From assembly GCA_964016885.1 (NCBI GenBank), contig OZ024758.1, positions 38,378,001 to 38,442,000 on the forward strand: a DNA stretch of 64,000 bases. Direction: 5' to 3'. The notes beneath the pieces were generated by a model that saw only the letters and a list, made by a program, of their open reading frames with translations, made no database searches and was not told the origin of the DNA. The stretch is from Eledone cirrhosa (taxonomy: Eukaryota). Below are positions 26,401 through 38,900 of the stretch, in pieces (the first letter of the stretch is position 1; each line of letters opens with the position of its first letter). The translations under genes and the position numbers were made by a program.

Positions 26401-29400
26401 CATTTAAGTCATGGTATTAGTTGTCAGAAGTAACTCCAATGTTGGTGAGAATTCATTTAAGTTCATGGTACTAGCTGTCAGAAGTAACTCCACTGTTGGT
26501 GAGAAATCATTTAAGTCATGGTATTAGTTGTCAGAAGTAACTCCAATGTTGGTGAGAATTCATTTAAGTTCATGGTACTAGCTGTCAGAAGTAACTCCAC
26601 TGTTGGTGAGAATTCATTTAAGTTCATGGTATTAGCTGTCAGAAGTAACTCCACTGTTGGTGAGAATTCATTTAAGTCATGGTATTAGTTGTCAGAAGTA
26701 ACTCCAATGTTGGTGAGAATTCATTTAAGTTCATGGTACTAGCTGTCAGAAGTAACTCCACTGTTGGTGAGAATTCATTTAAGTTCATGGTATTAGCTGT
26801 CAGAAGTAACTCCACTGTTGGTGAGAATTCATTTAAGTTCATGGTACTAGCTGTCAGAAGTAACTCCACTGTTGGTGAGAATTCATTTAAGTTCATGGTA
26901 CTAGCTGTCAGAAGTAACTCCACTGTTGGTGAGAATTCAGTTAAGTTCATGGTATTAGTTGTCAGAAGTAACTCCACTGTTGGTGAGAATTCATTTAAAT
27001 CATGGTATTAGTTGTCAGAAGTAACTCCAATGTTGGTGAGAATTCATTTAATTTCATGGTACTAGCTGTCAGAAGTAACTCCACTGTTGGTGAGAATTCA
27101 TTTAAGTTCATGGTATTAGCTGTCAGAAGTAACTCCACTGTTGGTGAGAATTCATTTAAGTTCATGGTACTAGCTGTCAGAAGTAACTCCAATGTTGGTG
27201 AGAATTCATTTAAGTTCATGGTATTAGCTGTCAGAAGTAACTCCACTGTTGGTGAGAATTCATTTAAGTCATGGTATTAGCTGTCAGAAGTAACTCCAAT
27301 GTTGGTGAGAATTCATTTAAGTTCATGGTATTAGCTGTCAGAAGTAACTCCACTGTTGGTGAGAATTCATTTAAGTTCACGGTACTAGCTGTCAGAAGTA
27401 ACTCCACTGTTGGTGAGAATTCATTTAAGTTCATGGTATTAGTTTGTCAGAAGTAACTCCACTGTTGGTGAGAATTCATTTAAGTCATGGTATTAGTTGT
27501 CAGAAGTTTACTCCAATGTTGGTGAGAATTCATTTAAGTTCATGGTACTAGCTGTCAGAAGTAACTCCACTGTTGGTGAGAATTCATTTAAGTTCATGGT
27601 ATTAGCTGTCAGAAGTAACTCCACTGTTGGTGAGAATTCATTTAAGTCATGGTATTAGCTGTCAGAAGTAACTCCAATGTTGGTGAGAATTCATTTAAGT
27701 CATGGTACTAGCTGTCAGAAGTAACTCCAATGTTGGTGAGAATTCAGTTAAGTTCATGGTATTAGCTGTCAGAAGGAACTCCACTGTTGGTGAGAATTCA
27801 TTTAAGTTCATGGTATTAGCTGTCAGAAGTAACTCCACTGTTGGTGAGAATTCATTTAAGTTCATGGTACTAGCTGTCAGAAGTAACTCCACTGTTGGTG
27901 AAAATTCATTTAAGTTCATGGTACTAGCTGTCAGAAGTAACTCCACTGTTGGTGAGAATTCAGTTAAGTTCATGGTATTAGTTGTCAGAAGTAACTCCAC
28001 TGTTGGTGAGAATTCATTTAAATCATGGTATTAGTTGTCAGAAGTAACTCCAATGTTGGTGAGAATTCATTTAATTTCATGGTACTAGCTGTCAGAAGTA
28101 ACTCCACTGTTGGTGAGAAATCATTTAAGTCATGGTATTAGTTGTCAGAAGTAACTCCAATGTTGGTAAGAATTCATTTAAGTTCATGGTACTAGCTGTC
28201 AGAAGTAACTCCACTGTTGGTGAGAATTCATTTAAGTTCATGGTATTAGCTGTCAGAAGTAACTCCACTGTTGGTGAGAATTCATTTAAGTCATGGTATT
28301 AGTTGTCAGAAGTAACTCCAATGTTGGTGAGAATTCATTTAAGTTCATGGTACTAGCTGTCAGAAGTAACTCCACTGTTGGTGAGAATTCATTTAAGTTC
28401 ATGGTATTAGCTGTCAGAAGTAACTCCACTGTTGGTGAGAATTCATTTAAGTTCATGGTACTAGCTGTCAGAAGTAACTCCACTGTTGGTGAGAATTCAT
28501 TTAAGTTCATGGTACTAGCTGTCAGAAGTAACTCCACTGTTGGTGAGAATTCAGTTAAGTTCATGGTATTAGTTGTCAGAAGTAACTCCACTGTTGGTGA
28601 GAATTCATTTAAATCATGGTATTAGTTGTCAGAAGTAACTCCAATGTTGGTGAGAATTCATTTAATTTCATGGTACTAGCTGTCAGAAGTAACTCCACTG
28701 TTGGTGAGAATTCATTTAAGTTCATGGTATTAGCTGTCAGAAGTAACTCCACTGTTGGTGAGAATTCATTTAAGTTCATGGTACTAGCTGTCAGAAGTAA
28801 CTCCAATGTTGGTGAGAATTCATTTAAGTTCATGGTATTAGCTGTCAGAAGTAACTCCACTGTTGGTGAGAATTCATTTAAGTCATGGTATTAGCTGTCA
28901 GAAGTAACTCCAATGTTGGTGAGAATTCATTTAAGTTCATGGTATTAGCTGTCAGAAGTAACTCCACTGTTGGTGAGAATTCATTTAAGTTCACGGTACT
29001 AGCTGTCAGAAGTAACTCCACTGTTGGTGAGAATTCATTTAAGTTCATGGTATTAGTTTGTCAGAAGTAACTCCACTGTTGGTGAGAATTCATTTAAGTC
29101 ATGGTATTAGTTGTCAGAAGTTTACTCCAATGTTGGTGAGAATTCATTTAAGTTCATGGTACTAGCTGTCAGAAGTAACTCCACTGTTGGTGAGAATTCA
29201 TTTAAGTTCATGGTATTAGCTGTCAGAAGTAACTCCACTGTTGGTGAGAATTCATTTAAGTCATGGTATTAGCTGTCAGAAGTAACTCCAATGTTGGTGA
29301 GAATTCATTTAAGTCATGGTACTAGCTGTCAGAAGTAACTCCAATGTTGGTGAGAATTCAGTTAAGTTCATGGTATTAGCTGTCAGAAGGAACTCCACTG

Positions 29401-31600
29401 TTGGTGAGAATTCATTTAAGTTCATGGTATTAGCTGTCAGAAGTAACTCCACTGTTGGTGAGAATTCATTTAAGTTCATGGTACTAGCTGTCAGAAGTAA
29501 CTCCACTGTTGGTGAGAATTCATTTAAGTTCATGGTACTAGCTGTCAGAAGTAACTCCACTGTTGGTGAGAATTCAGTTAAGTTCATGGTATTAGTTGTC
29601 AGAAGTAACTCCACTGTTGGTGAGAATTCATTTAAATCATGGTATTAGTTGTCAGAAGTAACTCCAATGTTGGTGAGAATTCATTTAATTTCATGGTACT
29701 AGCTGTCAGAAGTAACTCCACTGTTGGTGAGAAATCATTTAAGTCATGGTATTAGTTGTCAGAAGTAACTCCAATGTTGGTGAGAATTCATTTAAGTTCA
29801 TGGTACTAGCTGTCAGAAGTAACTCCACTGTTGGTGAGAATTCATTTAAGTTCATGGTATTAGCTGTCAGAAGTAACTCCACTGTTGGTGAGAATTCATT
29901 TAAGTCATGGTATTAGTTGTCAGAAGTAACTCCAATGTTGGTGAGAATTCATTTAAGTTCATGGTACTAGCTGTCAGAAGTAACTCCACTGTTGGTGAGA
30001 ATTCATTTAAGTTCATGGTATTAGCTGTCAGAAGTAACTCCACTGTTGGTGAGAATTCATTTAAGTTCATGGTACTAGCTGTCAGAAGTAACTCCACTGT
30101 TGGTGAGAATTCATTTAAGTTCATGGTACTAGCTGTCAGAATTAACTCCACTTTTGGTGAGAATTCAGTTAAGTTCATGGTATTGGTTGTCAGAAGTAAC
30201 TCCACTGTTGGTGAGAATTCATTTAAATCATGGTATTAGTTGTCAGAAGTAACTCCAATGTTGGTGAGAATTCATTTATTTTCATGGTACTAGCTGTCAG
30301 AAGTAACTCCACTGTTGGTGAGAATTCATTTAAGTTCATGGTATTAGCTGTCAGAAGTAACTCCACTGTTGGTGAGAATTCATTTAAGTTCATGGTACTA
30401 GCTGTCAGAAGTAACTCCAATGTTGGTGAGAATTCATTTAAGTTCATGCTATTAGCTGTCAGAAGTAACTCCACTGTTGGTGAGAATTCATTTAAGTCAT
30501 GGTATTAGCTGTCAGAAGTAACTCCAATGTTGGTGAGAATTCATTTAAGTTCATGGTATTAGCTGTCAGAAGTAACTCCACTGTTGGTGAGAATTCATTT
30601 AAGTTCACGGTACTAGCTGTCAGAAGTAACTCCACTGTTGGTGAGAATTCATTTAAGTTCATGGTATTAGTTTGTCAGAGGTAACTCCACTGTTGGTGAG
30701 AATTCATTTAAGTCATGGTATTAGTTGTCAGAAGTTTACTCCAATGTTGGTGAGAATTCATTTAAGTTCATGGTACTAGCTGTCAGAAGTAACTCCACTG
30801 TTGGTGAGAATTCATTTAAGTTCATGGTATTAGCTGTCAGAAGTAACTCCACTGTTGGTGAGAATTCATTTAAGTCATGGTATTAGCTGTCAGAAGTAAC
30901 TCCAATGTTGGTGAGAATTCATTTAAGTCATGGTACTAGCTGTCAGAAGTAACTCCAATGTTGGTGAGAATTCAGTTAAGTTCATGGTATTAGCTGTCAG
31001 AAGGAACTCCACTGTTGGTGAGAATTCATTTAAGTTCATGGTATTAGCTGTCAGAAGTAACTCCACTGTTGGTGAGAATTCATTTAAGTTCATGGTACTA
31101 GCTGTCAGAAGTAACTCCACTGTTGGTGAGAATTCATTTAAGTTCATGGTACTAGCTGTCAGAAGTAACTCCACTGTTGGTGAGAATTCAGTTAAGTTCA
31201 TGGTATTAGTTGTCAGAAGTAACTCCACTGTTGGTGAGAATTCATGTAAATCATGGTATTAGTTGTCAGAAGTAACTCCAATGTTGGTGAGAATTTATTT
31301 AATTTCATGGTACTAGCTGTCAGAAGTAACTCCACTGTTGGTGAGAAATCATTTAAGTCATGGTATTAGTTGTCAGAAGTAACTCCAATGTTGGTGAGAA
31401 TTCATTTAAGTTCATGGTACTAGCTGTCAGAAGTAACTCCACTGTTGGTGAGAATTCATTTAAGTTCATGGTATTAGCTGTCAGAAGTAACTCCACTGTT
31501 GGTGAGAATTCATTTAAGTCATGGTATTAGTTGTCAGAAGTAACTCCAATGTTGGTGAGAATTCATTTAATTTCATGGTACTAGCTGTCAGAAGTAACTC
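23050..31600 (+). repeat. Higher-order repeat of 30 monomers (1614 bp), about five tandem copies
   Basis: Equivalent ORF starts at 23344, 24958, 26679, 28293, 29907 (spacing 1614, 1721, 1614, 1614). The 1721 spacing is explained by an extra 107-bp dimer at about 26410-26516. Confidence 0.92.
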
Positions 31601-32951
31601 CACTGTTGGTGAGAATTCATTTAAGTCATGGTATTAGTTGTCAGAAGTAACTCCAATGTTGGTGAGAATTCATTTAAGTTCATGGTACTAGCTGTCAGAA
31701 GTAACTCCACTGTTGGTGAGAATTCATTTAAGTTCATGGTATTAGCTGTCAGAAGTAACTCCACTGTTGGTGAGAATTCATTTAAGTCATGGTATTAGTT
31801 GTCAGAAGTAACTCCAATGTTGGTGAGAATTCATTTAAGTTCATGGTACTAGCTGTCAGAAGTAACTCCACTGTTGGTGAGAATTCATTTAAGATCATGG
31901 TATTAGCTGTCAGAATTAACTCCACTGTTGGTGAGAATTCATTTAAGTTCATGGTATTAGCTGTCAGAAGTAACTCCACTGTTGGTGAGAATTCATTTAA
32001 GTTCATGGTATTAGCTGTCAGAAGTAACTCCACTGTTGGTGAGAATTCATTTAAGTTCATGGTATTAGCTGTCAGAAGGAACTCCAATGTTGGTGAGAAT
32101 TCATTTAAGTCATGGTACTAGCTGTCAGAAGTAACTCCACTGTTGGTGAGAATTCATTTAAGTTCATGGTATTAGCTGTCAGAAGTAACTCCACTGTTGG
32201 TGAGAATTCATTTAAGTTCATGGTACTAGCTGTCAGAAGTAACTCCAATGTAGGTGAGAATTCATTTAAGTTCATGGTATTAGCTGTCAGAAGGAACTCC
32301 ACTGTTGGTGAGAATTCATTTAAGTTCATGGTATTAGCTGTCAGAAGTAACTCCACTGTTGGTGAGAATTCATTTAAGTTCATGGTACTAGTTGTCAGAA
32401 GTAACTCCACTGCTGGTGAGAATTCATTTAAGTTCATGTTACTAGCTGTCAGAAGTAACTCCACTGTTGGTGAGAATTCATTTAAGTTCATGGTATTAGT
32501 TTGTCAGAAGTAACTCCACTGTTGGTGAGAATTCATTTAAGTTCATGGTATTAGCTGTCAGAAGTAACTCCACTGTTGGTGAGAATTCATTTAAGTTCAT
32601 GGTACTAGCTGTCAGAAGTAACTCCAATGTTGGTGAGAATTCATTTAAGTTCATGGTATTAGCTGTCAGAAGTAACTCCACTGTTGGTGAGAATTCATTT
32701 AAGTCATGGTATTAGCTGTCAGAAGTAACTCCAATGTTGGTGAGAATTCATTTAAGTTCATGGTATTAGCTGTCAGAAGTAACTCCACTGTTGGTGAGAA
32801 TTCATTTAAGTTCACGGTACTAGCTGTGAGAAGTAACTCCACTGTTGGTGAGAATTCATTTAAGTTCATGGTATTAGTTTGTCAGAAGTAACTCCACTGT
32901 TGGTGAGAATTCATTTAAGTCATGGTATTAGTTGTCAGAAGTTTACTCCAA

Positions 32952-35900
32952 TGTTGGTGAGAATTCATTTAAGTCATGGTACTAGCTGTCAGAAGTAACT
33001 CCACTGTTGGTGAGAATTCATTTAAGTTCATGGTATTAGCTGTCAGAAGGAACTCCACTGTTGGTAAGAATTCATTTAAGTTCATGGTATTAGCTGTCAG
33101 AAGTAACTCCACTGTTGGTGAGAATTCATTTAAGTTCATGGTACTAGCTGTCAGAAGTAACTCCACTGTTGGTGAGAATTCATTTAAGTTCATGGTACTA
33201 GCTGTCAGAAGTAACTCCACTGTTGGTGAGAATTCATTTAAGTTCATGGTACTAGCTGTCAGAAGTAACCCCAATGTTGGTGAGAATTCATTTAAGTTCA
33301 TGGTATTAGCTGTCAGAAGTCACTCCAATGTTGGTGAGAATTCATTTAAGTTCATGGTATTAGCTGTGAGAAGTCACTCCACTGTTGGTGAGAATTCATT
33401 TAAGTTCATGGTATTATCTGTCAGAAGTACCTCCACTGTTGGTGAGAATTCATTTAAGTTCATGGTATTAGCTGTCAGAAGTAACTCCACTGTTGGTGAG
33501 AATTCATTTAAGTTCATGGTATTAGCTGTCAGAAGTAACTCCACTGTTGGTGAGAATTCATTTAAGTTCATGGTACTAGCTGTCAGAAGTAACTCCACTG
33601 TTGGTGAGAATTCATTTAAGTTCATGGTACTAGCTGTCAGAAGTAACTCCACTGTTGGTGAGAATTCATTTAAGTTCATGGTACTAGCTGTCAGAAGTAA
33701 CCCCAATGTTGGTGAGAATTCATTTAAGTTCATGGTATTAGCTGTCAGAAGTCACTCCAATGTTGGTGAGAATTCATTTAAGTTCATGGTATTAGCTGTG
33801 AGAAGTCACTCCACTGTTGGTGAGAATTCATTTAAGTTCATGGTATTAGCTGTCAGAAGTACCTCCACTGTTGGTGAGAATTCATTTAAGTTCATGGTAT
33901 TAGCTGTGAGAAGTCACTCCACTGTTGGTGAGAATTCATTTAAGTTCATGGTATTAGCTGTCAGAAGGAACTCCAATGTTGGTGAGAATTCATTTAAGTC
34001 ATGGTACTAGCTGTCAGAAGTAACTCCACTGTTGGTGAGAATTCATTTAAGTTCATGGTATTAGCTGTCAGAAGTAACTCCACTGTTGGTGAGAATTCAT
34101 TTAAGTTCATGGTATTAGTTTGTCAGAAGTAACTCCACTGTTGGTGAGAATTCATTTAATTCATGGTATTAGTTGTCAGAAGTAACTCCAATGTTGGTGA
34201 GAATTCATTTAAGTCATGGTACTAGCTGTCAGAAGTAACTCCAATGTTGGTGAGAATTCATTTAAGTTCATGGTATTAGCTGTCAGAAGGAACTCCACTG
34301 TTGGTGAGAATTCATTTAAGTTCATGGTATTAGCTGTCAGAAGTAACTCCACTGTTGGCGAGAATTCATTTAAGTTCATGGTACTAGCTGTCAGAAGTAA
34401 CTCCAATGTTGGTGAGAATTCATTTAAGTTCATGGTATTAGCTGTCAGAAGTAACTCCACTGTTGGTGAGAATTCATTTAAGTCATGGTATTAGCTGTCA
34501 GAAGTAACTCCAATGTTGGTGAGAATTCATTTAAGTTCATGGTACTAGCTGTCAGAAGTAACTCCACTGTTGGTGAGAATTCATTTAAGTTCATGGTATT
34601 AGTTTGTCAGAAGTAACTCCACTGTTGGTGAGAATTCATTTAAGTCATGGTATTAGTTGTCAGAAGTTTACTCCAATGTTGGTGAGAATTCATTTAAGTC
34701 ATGGTATTAGCTGTCAGAAGTAACTCCATTGTTGGTGAGAATTCATTTAAGTCATGGTACTAGCTGTCAGAAGTAACTCCACTGTTGGTGAGAATTCATT
34801 TAAGTTCATGGTATTAGCTGTCAGAAGGAACTCCACTGTTGGTAAGAATTCATTTAAGTTCATGGTATTAGCTGTCAGAAGTAACTCCACTGTTGGTGAG
34901 AATTCATTTAAGTTCATGGTACTAGCTGTCAGAAGTAACTCCACTGTTGGTGAGAATTCATTTAAGTTCATGGTACTAGCTGTCAGAAGTAACTCCACTG
35001 TTGGTGAGAATTCATTTAAGTTCATGGTACTAGCTGTCAGAAGTAACCCCAATGTTGGTGAGAATTCATTTAAGTTCATGGTATTAGCTGTCAGAAGTCA
35101 CTCCAATGTTGGTGAGAATTCATTTAAGTTCATGGTATTAGCTGTGAGAAGTCACTCCACTGTTGGTGAGAATTCATTTAAGTTCATGGTATTAGCTGTC
35201 AGAAGTACCTCCACTGTTGGTGAGAATTCATTTAAGTTCATGGTATTAGCTGTCAGAAGTAACTCCACTGTTGGTGAGAATTCATTTAAGTTCATGGTAT
35301 TAGCTGTCAGAAGGAACTCCAATGTTGGTGAGAATTCATTTAAGTCATGGTACTAGCTGTCCGAAGTAACTCCACTGTTGGTGAGAATTCATTTAAGTTC
35401 ATGGTATTAGCTGTCAGAAGTAACTCCACTGTTGGTGAGAATTCATTTAAGTTCATGGTACTAGCTGTCAGAAGTAACTCCAATGTTGGTGAGAATTCAT
35501 TTAAGTTCATGGTATTAGCTGTCAGAAGGAACTCCACTGTTGGTGAGAATTCATTTAAGTTCATGGTATTAGCTGTCAGAAGTAACTCCACTGTTGGTGA
35601 GAATTCATTTAAGTTCATGGTACTAGTTGTCAGAAGTAACTCCACTGTTGGTGAGAATTCATTTAAGTTCATGTTACTAGCTGTCAGAAGTAACTCCACT
35701 GTTGGTGAGAATTCATTTAAGTTCATGGTATTAGTTTGTCAGAAGTAACTCCACTGTTGGTGAGAATTCATTTAAGTTCATGGTATTAGCTGTCAGAAGT
35801 AACTCCACTGTTGGTGAGAATTCATTTAAGTTCATGGTACTAGCTGTCAGAAGTAACTCCAATGTTGGTGAGAATTCATTTAAGTTCATGGTATTAGCTG

Positions 35901-38900
35901 TCAGAAGTAACTCCACTGTTGGTGAGAATTCATTTAAGTCATGGTATTAGCTGTCAGAAGTAACTCCAATGTTGGTGAGAATTCATTTAAGTTCATGGTA
36001 TTAGCTGTCAGAAGTAACTCCACTGTTGGTGAGAATTCATTTAAGTTCACGGTACTAGCTGTCAGAAGTAACTCCACTGTTGGTGAGAATTCATTTAAGT
36101 TCATGGTATTAGTTTGTCAGAAGTAACTCCACTGTTGGTGAGAATTCATTTAAGTCGTGGTATTAGTTGTCAGAAGTTTACTCCAATGTTGGTGAGAATT
36201 CATTTAAGTTCATGGTATTAGCTGTCAGAAGTAACTCCACTGTTGGTGAGAATTCATTTAAGTCATGGTATTAGCTGTCAGAAGTAACTCCACTGTTGGT
36301 GAGAATTCATTTAAGTTCATGGTATTAGCTGTCAGAAGTAACTCCACTGTTGGTGAGAATTGATTTAAGTTCATGGTACTAGCTGTCAGAAGTAACTCCA
36401 CTGTTGGTGAGAATTCATTTAAGTTCATGGTACTAGCTGTCAGAAGTAACTCCACTGTTGGTGAGAATTCAGTTAAGTTCATGGTATTAGTTGTCAGAAG
36501 TAACTCCACTGTTGGTGAGAATTCATTTAAATCATGGTATTAGTTGTCAGAAGTAACTCCAATGTTGGTGAGAATTCATTTAATTTCATGGTACTAGCTG
36601 TCAGAAGTAACTCCACTGTTGGTGAGAAATCATTTAAGTCATGGTATTAGTTGTCAGAAGTAACTCCAATGTTGGTGAGAATTCATTTAAGTTCATGGTA
36701 CTAGCTGTCAGAAGTAACTCCACTGTTGGTGAGAATTCATTTAAGTTCATGGTATTAGCTGTCACAAGTAACTCCACTGTTGGTGAGAATTCATTTAAGT
36801 CATGGTATTAGTTGTCAGAAGTAACTCCAATGTTGGTGAGAATTCATTTAAGTTCATGGTACTAGCTGTCAGAAGTAACTCCACTGTTGGTGAGAATTCA
36901 TTTAAGTTCATGGTATTAGCTGTCAGAAGTAACTCCACTGTTGGTGAGAATTCATTTAAGTCATGGTATTAGCTGTCAGAAGTAACTCCAATGTTGGTGA
37001 GAATTCATTTAAGTCTTGGTACTAGCTGTCAGAAGTAACTCCAATGTTGGTGAGAATTCAGTTAAGTTCATGGTATTAGCTGTCAGAAGGAACTCCACTG
37101 TTGGTGAGAATTCATTTAAGTTCATGGTATTAGCTGTCAGAAGTAACTCCACTGTTGGTGAGAATTCATTTAAGTTCATGGTACTAGCTGTCAGAAGTAA
37201 CTCCACTGTTGGTGAGAATTCATTTAAGTTCATGGTACTAGCCGTCAGAAGTAACTCCACTGTTGGTGAGAATTCAGTTAAGTTCATGGTATTAGTTGTC
37301 AGAAGTAACTCCACTGTTGGTGAGAATTCATTTAAATCATGGTATTAGTTGTCAGAAGTAACTCCAATGTTGGTGAGAATTCATTTAAGTTCATGGTACT
37401 AGCTGTCAGAAGTAACTCCACTGTTGGTGAGAATTCATTTAAGTTCATGGTATTAGCTGTCAGAAGTAACTCCACTGTTGGTGAGAATTCATTTAAGTCA
37501 TGGTATTAGCTGTCAGAAGTAACTCCATTGTTGGTGAGAATTCATTTAAGTCATGGTACTAGCTGTCAGAAGTAACTCCACTGTTGGTGAGAATTCATTT
37601 AAGTTCATGGTATTAGCTGTCAGAAGGAACTCCACTGTTGGTAAGAATTCATTTAAGTTCATGGTATTAGCTGTCAGAAGTAACTCCACTGTTGGTGAGA
37701 ATTCATTTAATTCATGGTACTAGCTGTCAGAAGTAACTCCACTGTTGGTGAGAATTCATTTAAGTTCATGGTACTAGCTGTCAGAAGTAACCCCAATGTT
37801 GGTGAGAATTCATTTAAGTTCATGGTATTAGCTGTCAGAAGTCACTCCAATGTTGGTGAGAATTCATTTAAGTTCATGGTATTAGCTGTGAGAAGTCACT
37901 CCACTGTTGGTGAGAATTCATTTAAGTTCATGGTATTAGCTGTCAGAAGTACCTCCACTGTTGGTGAGAATTCATTTAAGTTCATGGTATTAGCTGTCAG
38001 AAGTAACTCCACTGTTGGTGAGAATTCATTTAAGTTCATGGTATTAGCTGTCAGAAGTAACTCCACTGTTGGTGAGAATTCATTTAAGTTCATGGTACTA
38101 GCTGTCAGAAGTAACTCCACTGTTGGTGAGAATTGATTTAAGTTCATGGTACTAGCTGTCAGAAGTAACTCCACTGTTGGTGAGAATTCATTTAAGTTCA
38201 TGGTACTAGCTGTCAGAAGTAACCCCAATGTTGGTGAGAATTCATTTAAGTTCATGGTATTAGCTGTCAGAAGTCACTCCAATGTTGGTGAGAATTCATT
38301 TAAGTTCATGGTATTAGCTGTGAGAAGTCACTCCACTGTTGGTGAGAATTCATTTAAGTTCATGGTATTAGCTGTCAGAAGTACCTCCACTGTTGGTGAG
38401 AATTCATTTAAGTTCATGGTATTAGCTGTCAGAAGTAACTCCACTGTTGGTGAGAATTCATTTAAGTTCATGGTATTAGCTGTCAGAAGGAACTCCAATG
38501 TTGGTGAGAATTCATTTAAGTCATGGTACTAGCTGTCAGAAGTAACTCCACTGTTGGTGAGAATTCATTTAAGTTCGTGGTATTAGCTGTCAGAAGTAAC
38601 TCCACTGTTGGTGAGAATTCATTTAAGTTCATGGTATTAGTTTGTCAGAAGTAACTCCACTGTTGGTGAGAATTCATTTAATTCATGGTATTAGTTGTCA
38701 GAAGTAACTCCAATGTTGGTGAGAATTCATTTAAGTCATGGTACTAGCTGTCAGAAGTAACTCCAATGTTGGTGAGAATTCATTTAAGTTCATGGTATTA
38801 GCTGTCAGAAGGAACTCCACTGTTGGTGAGAATTCATTTAAGTTCATGGTATTAGCTGTCAGAAGTAACTCCACTGTTGGCGAGAATTCATTTAAGTTCA

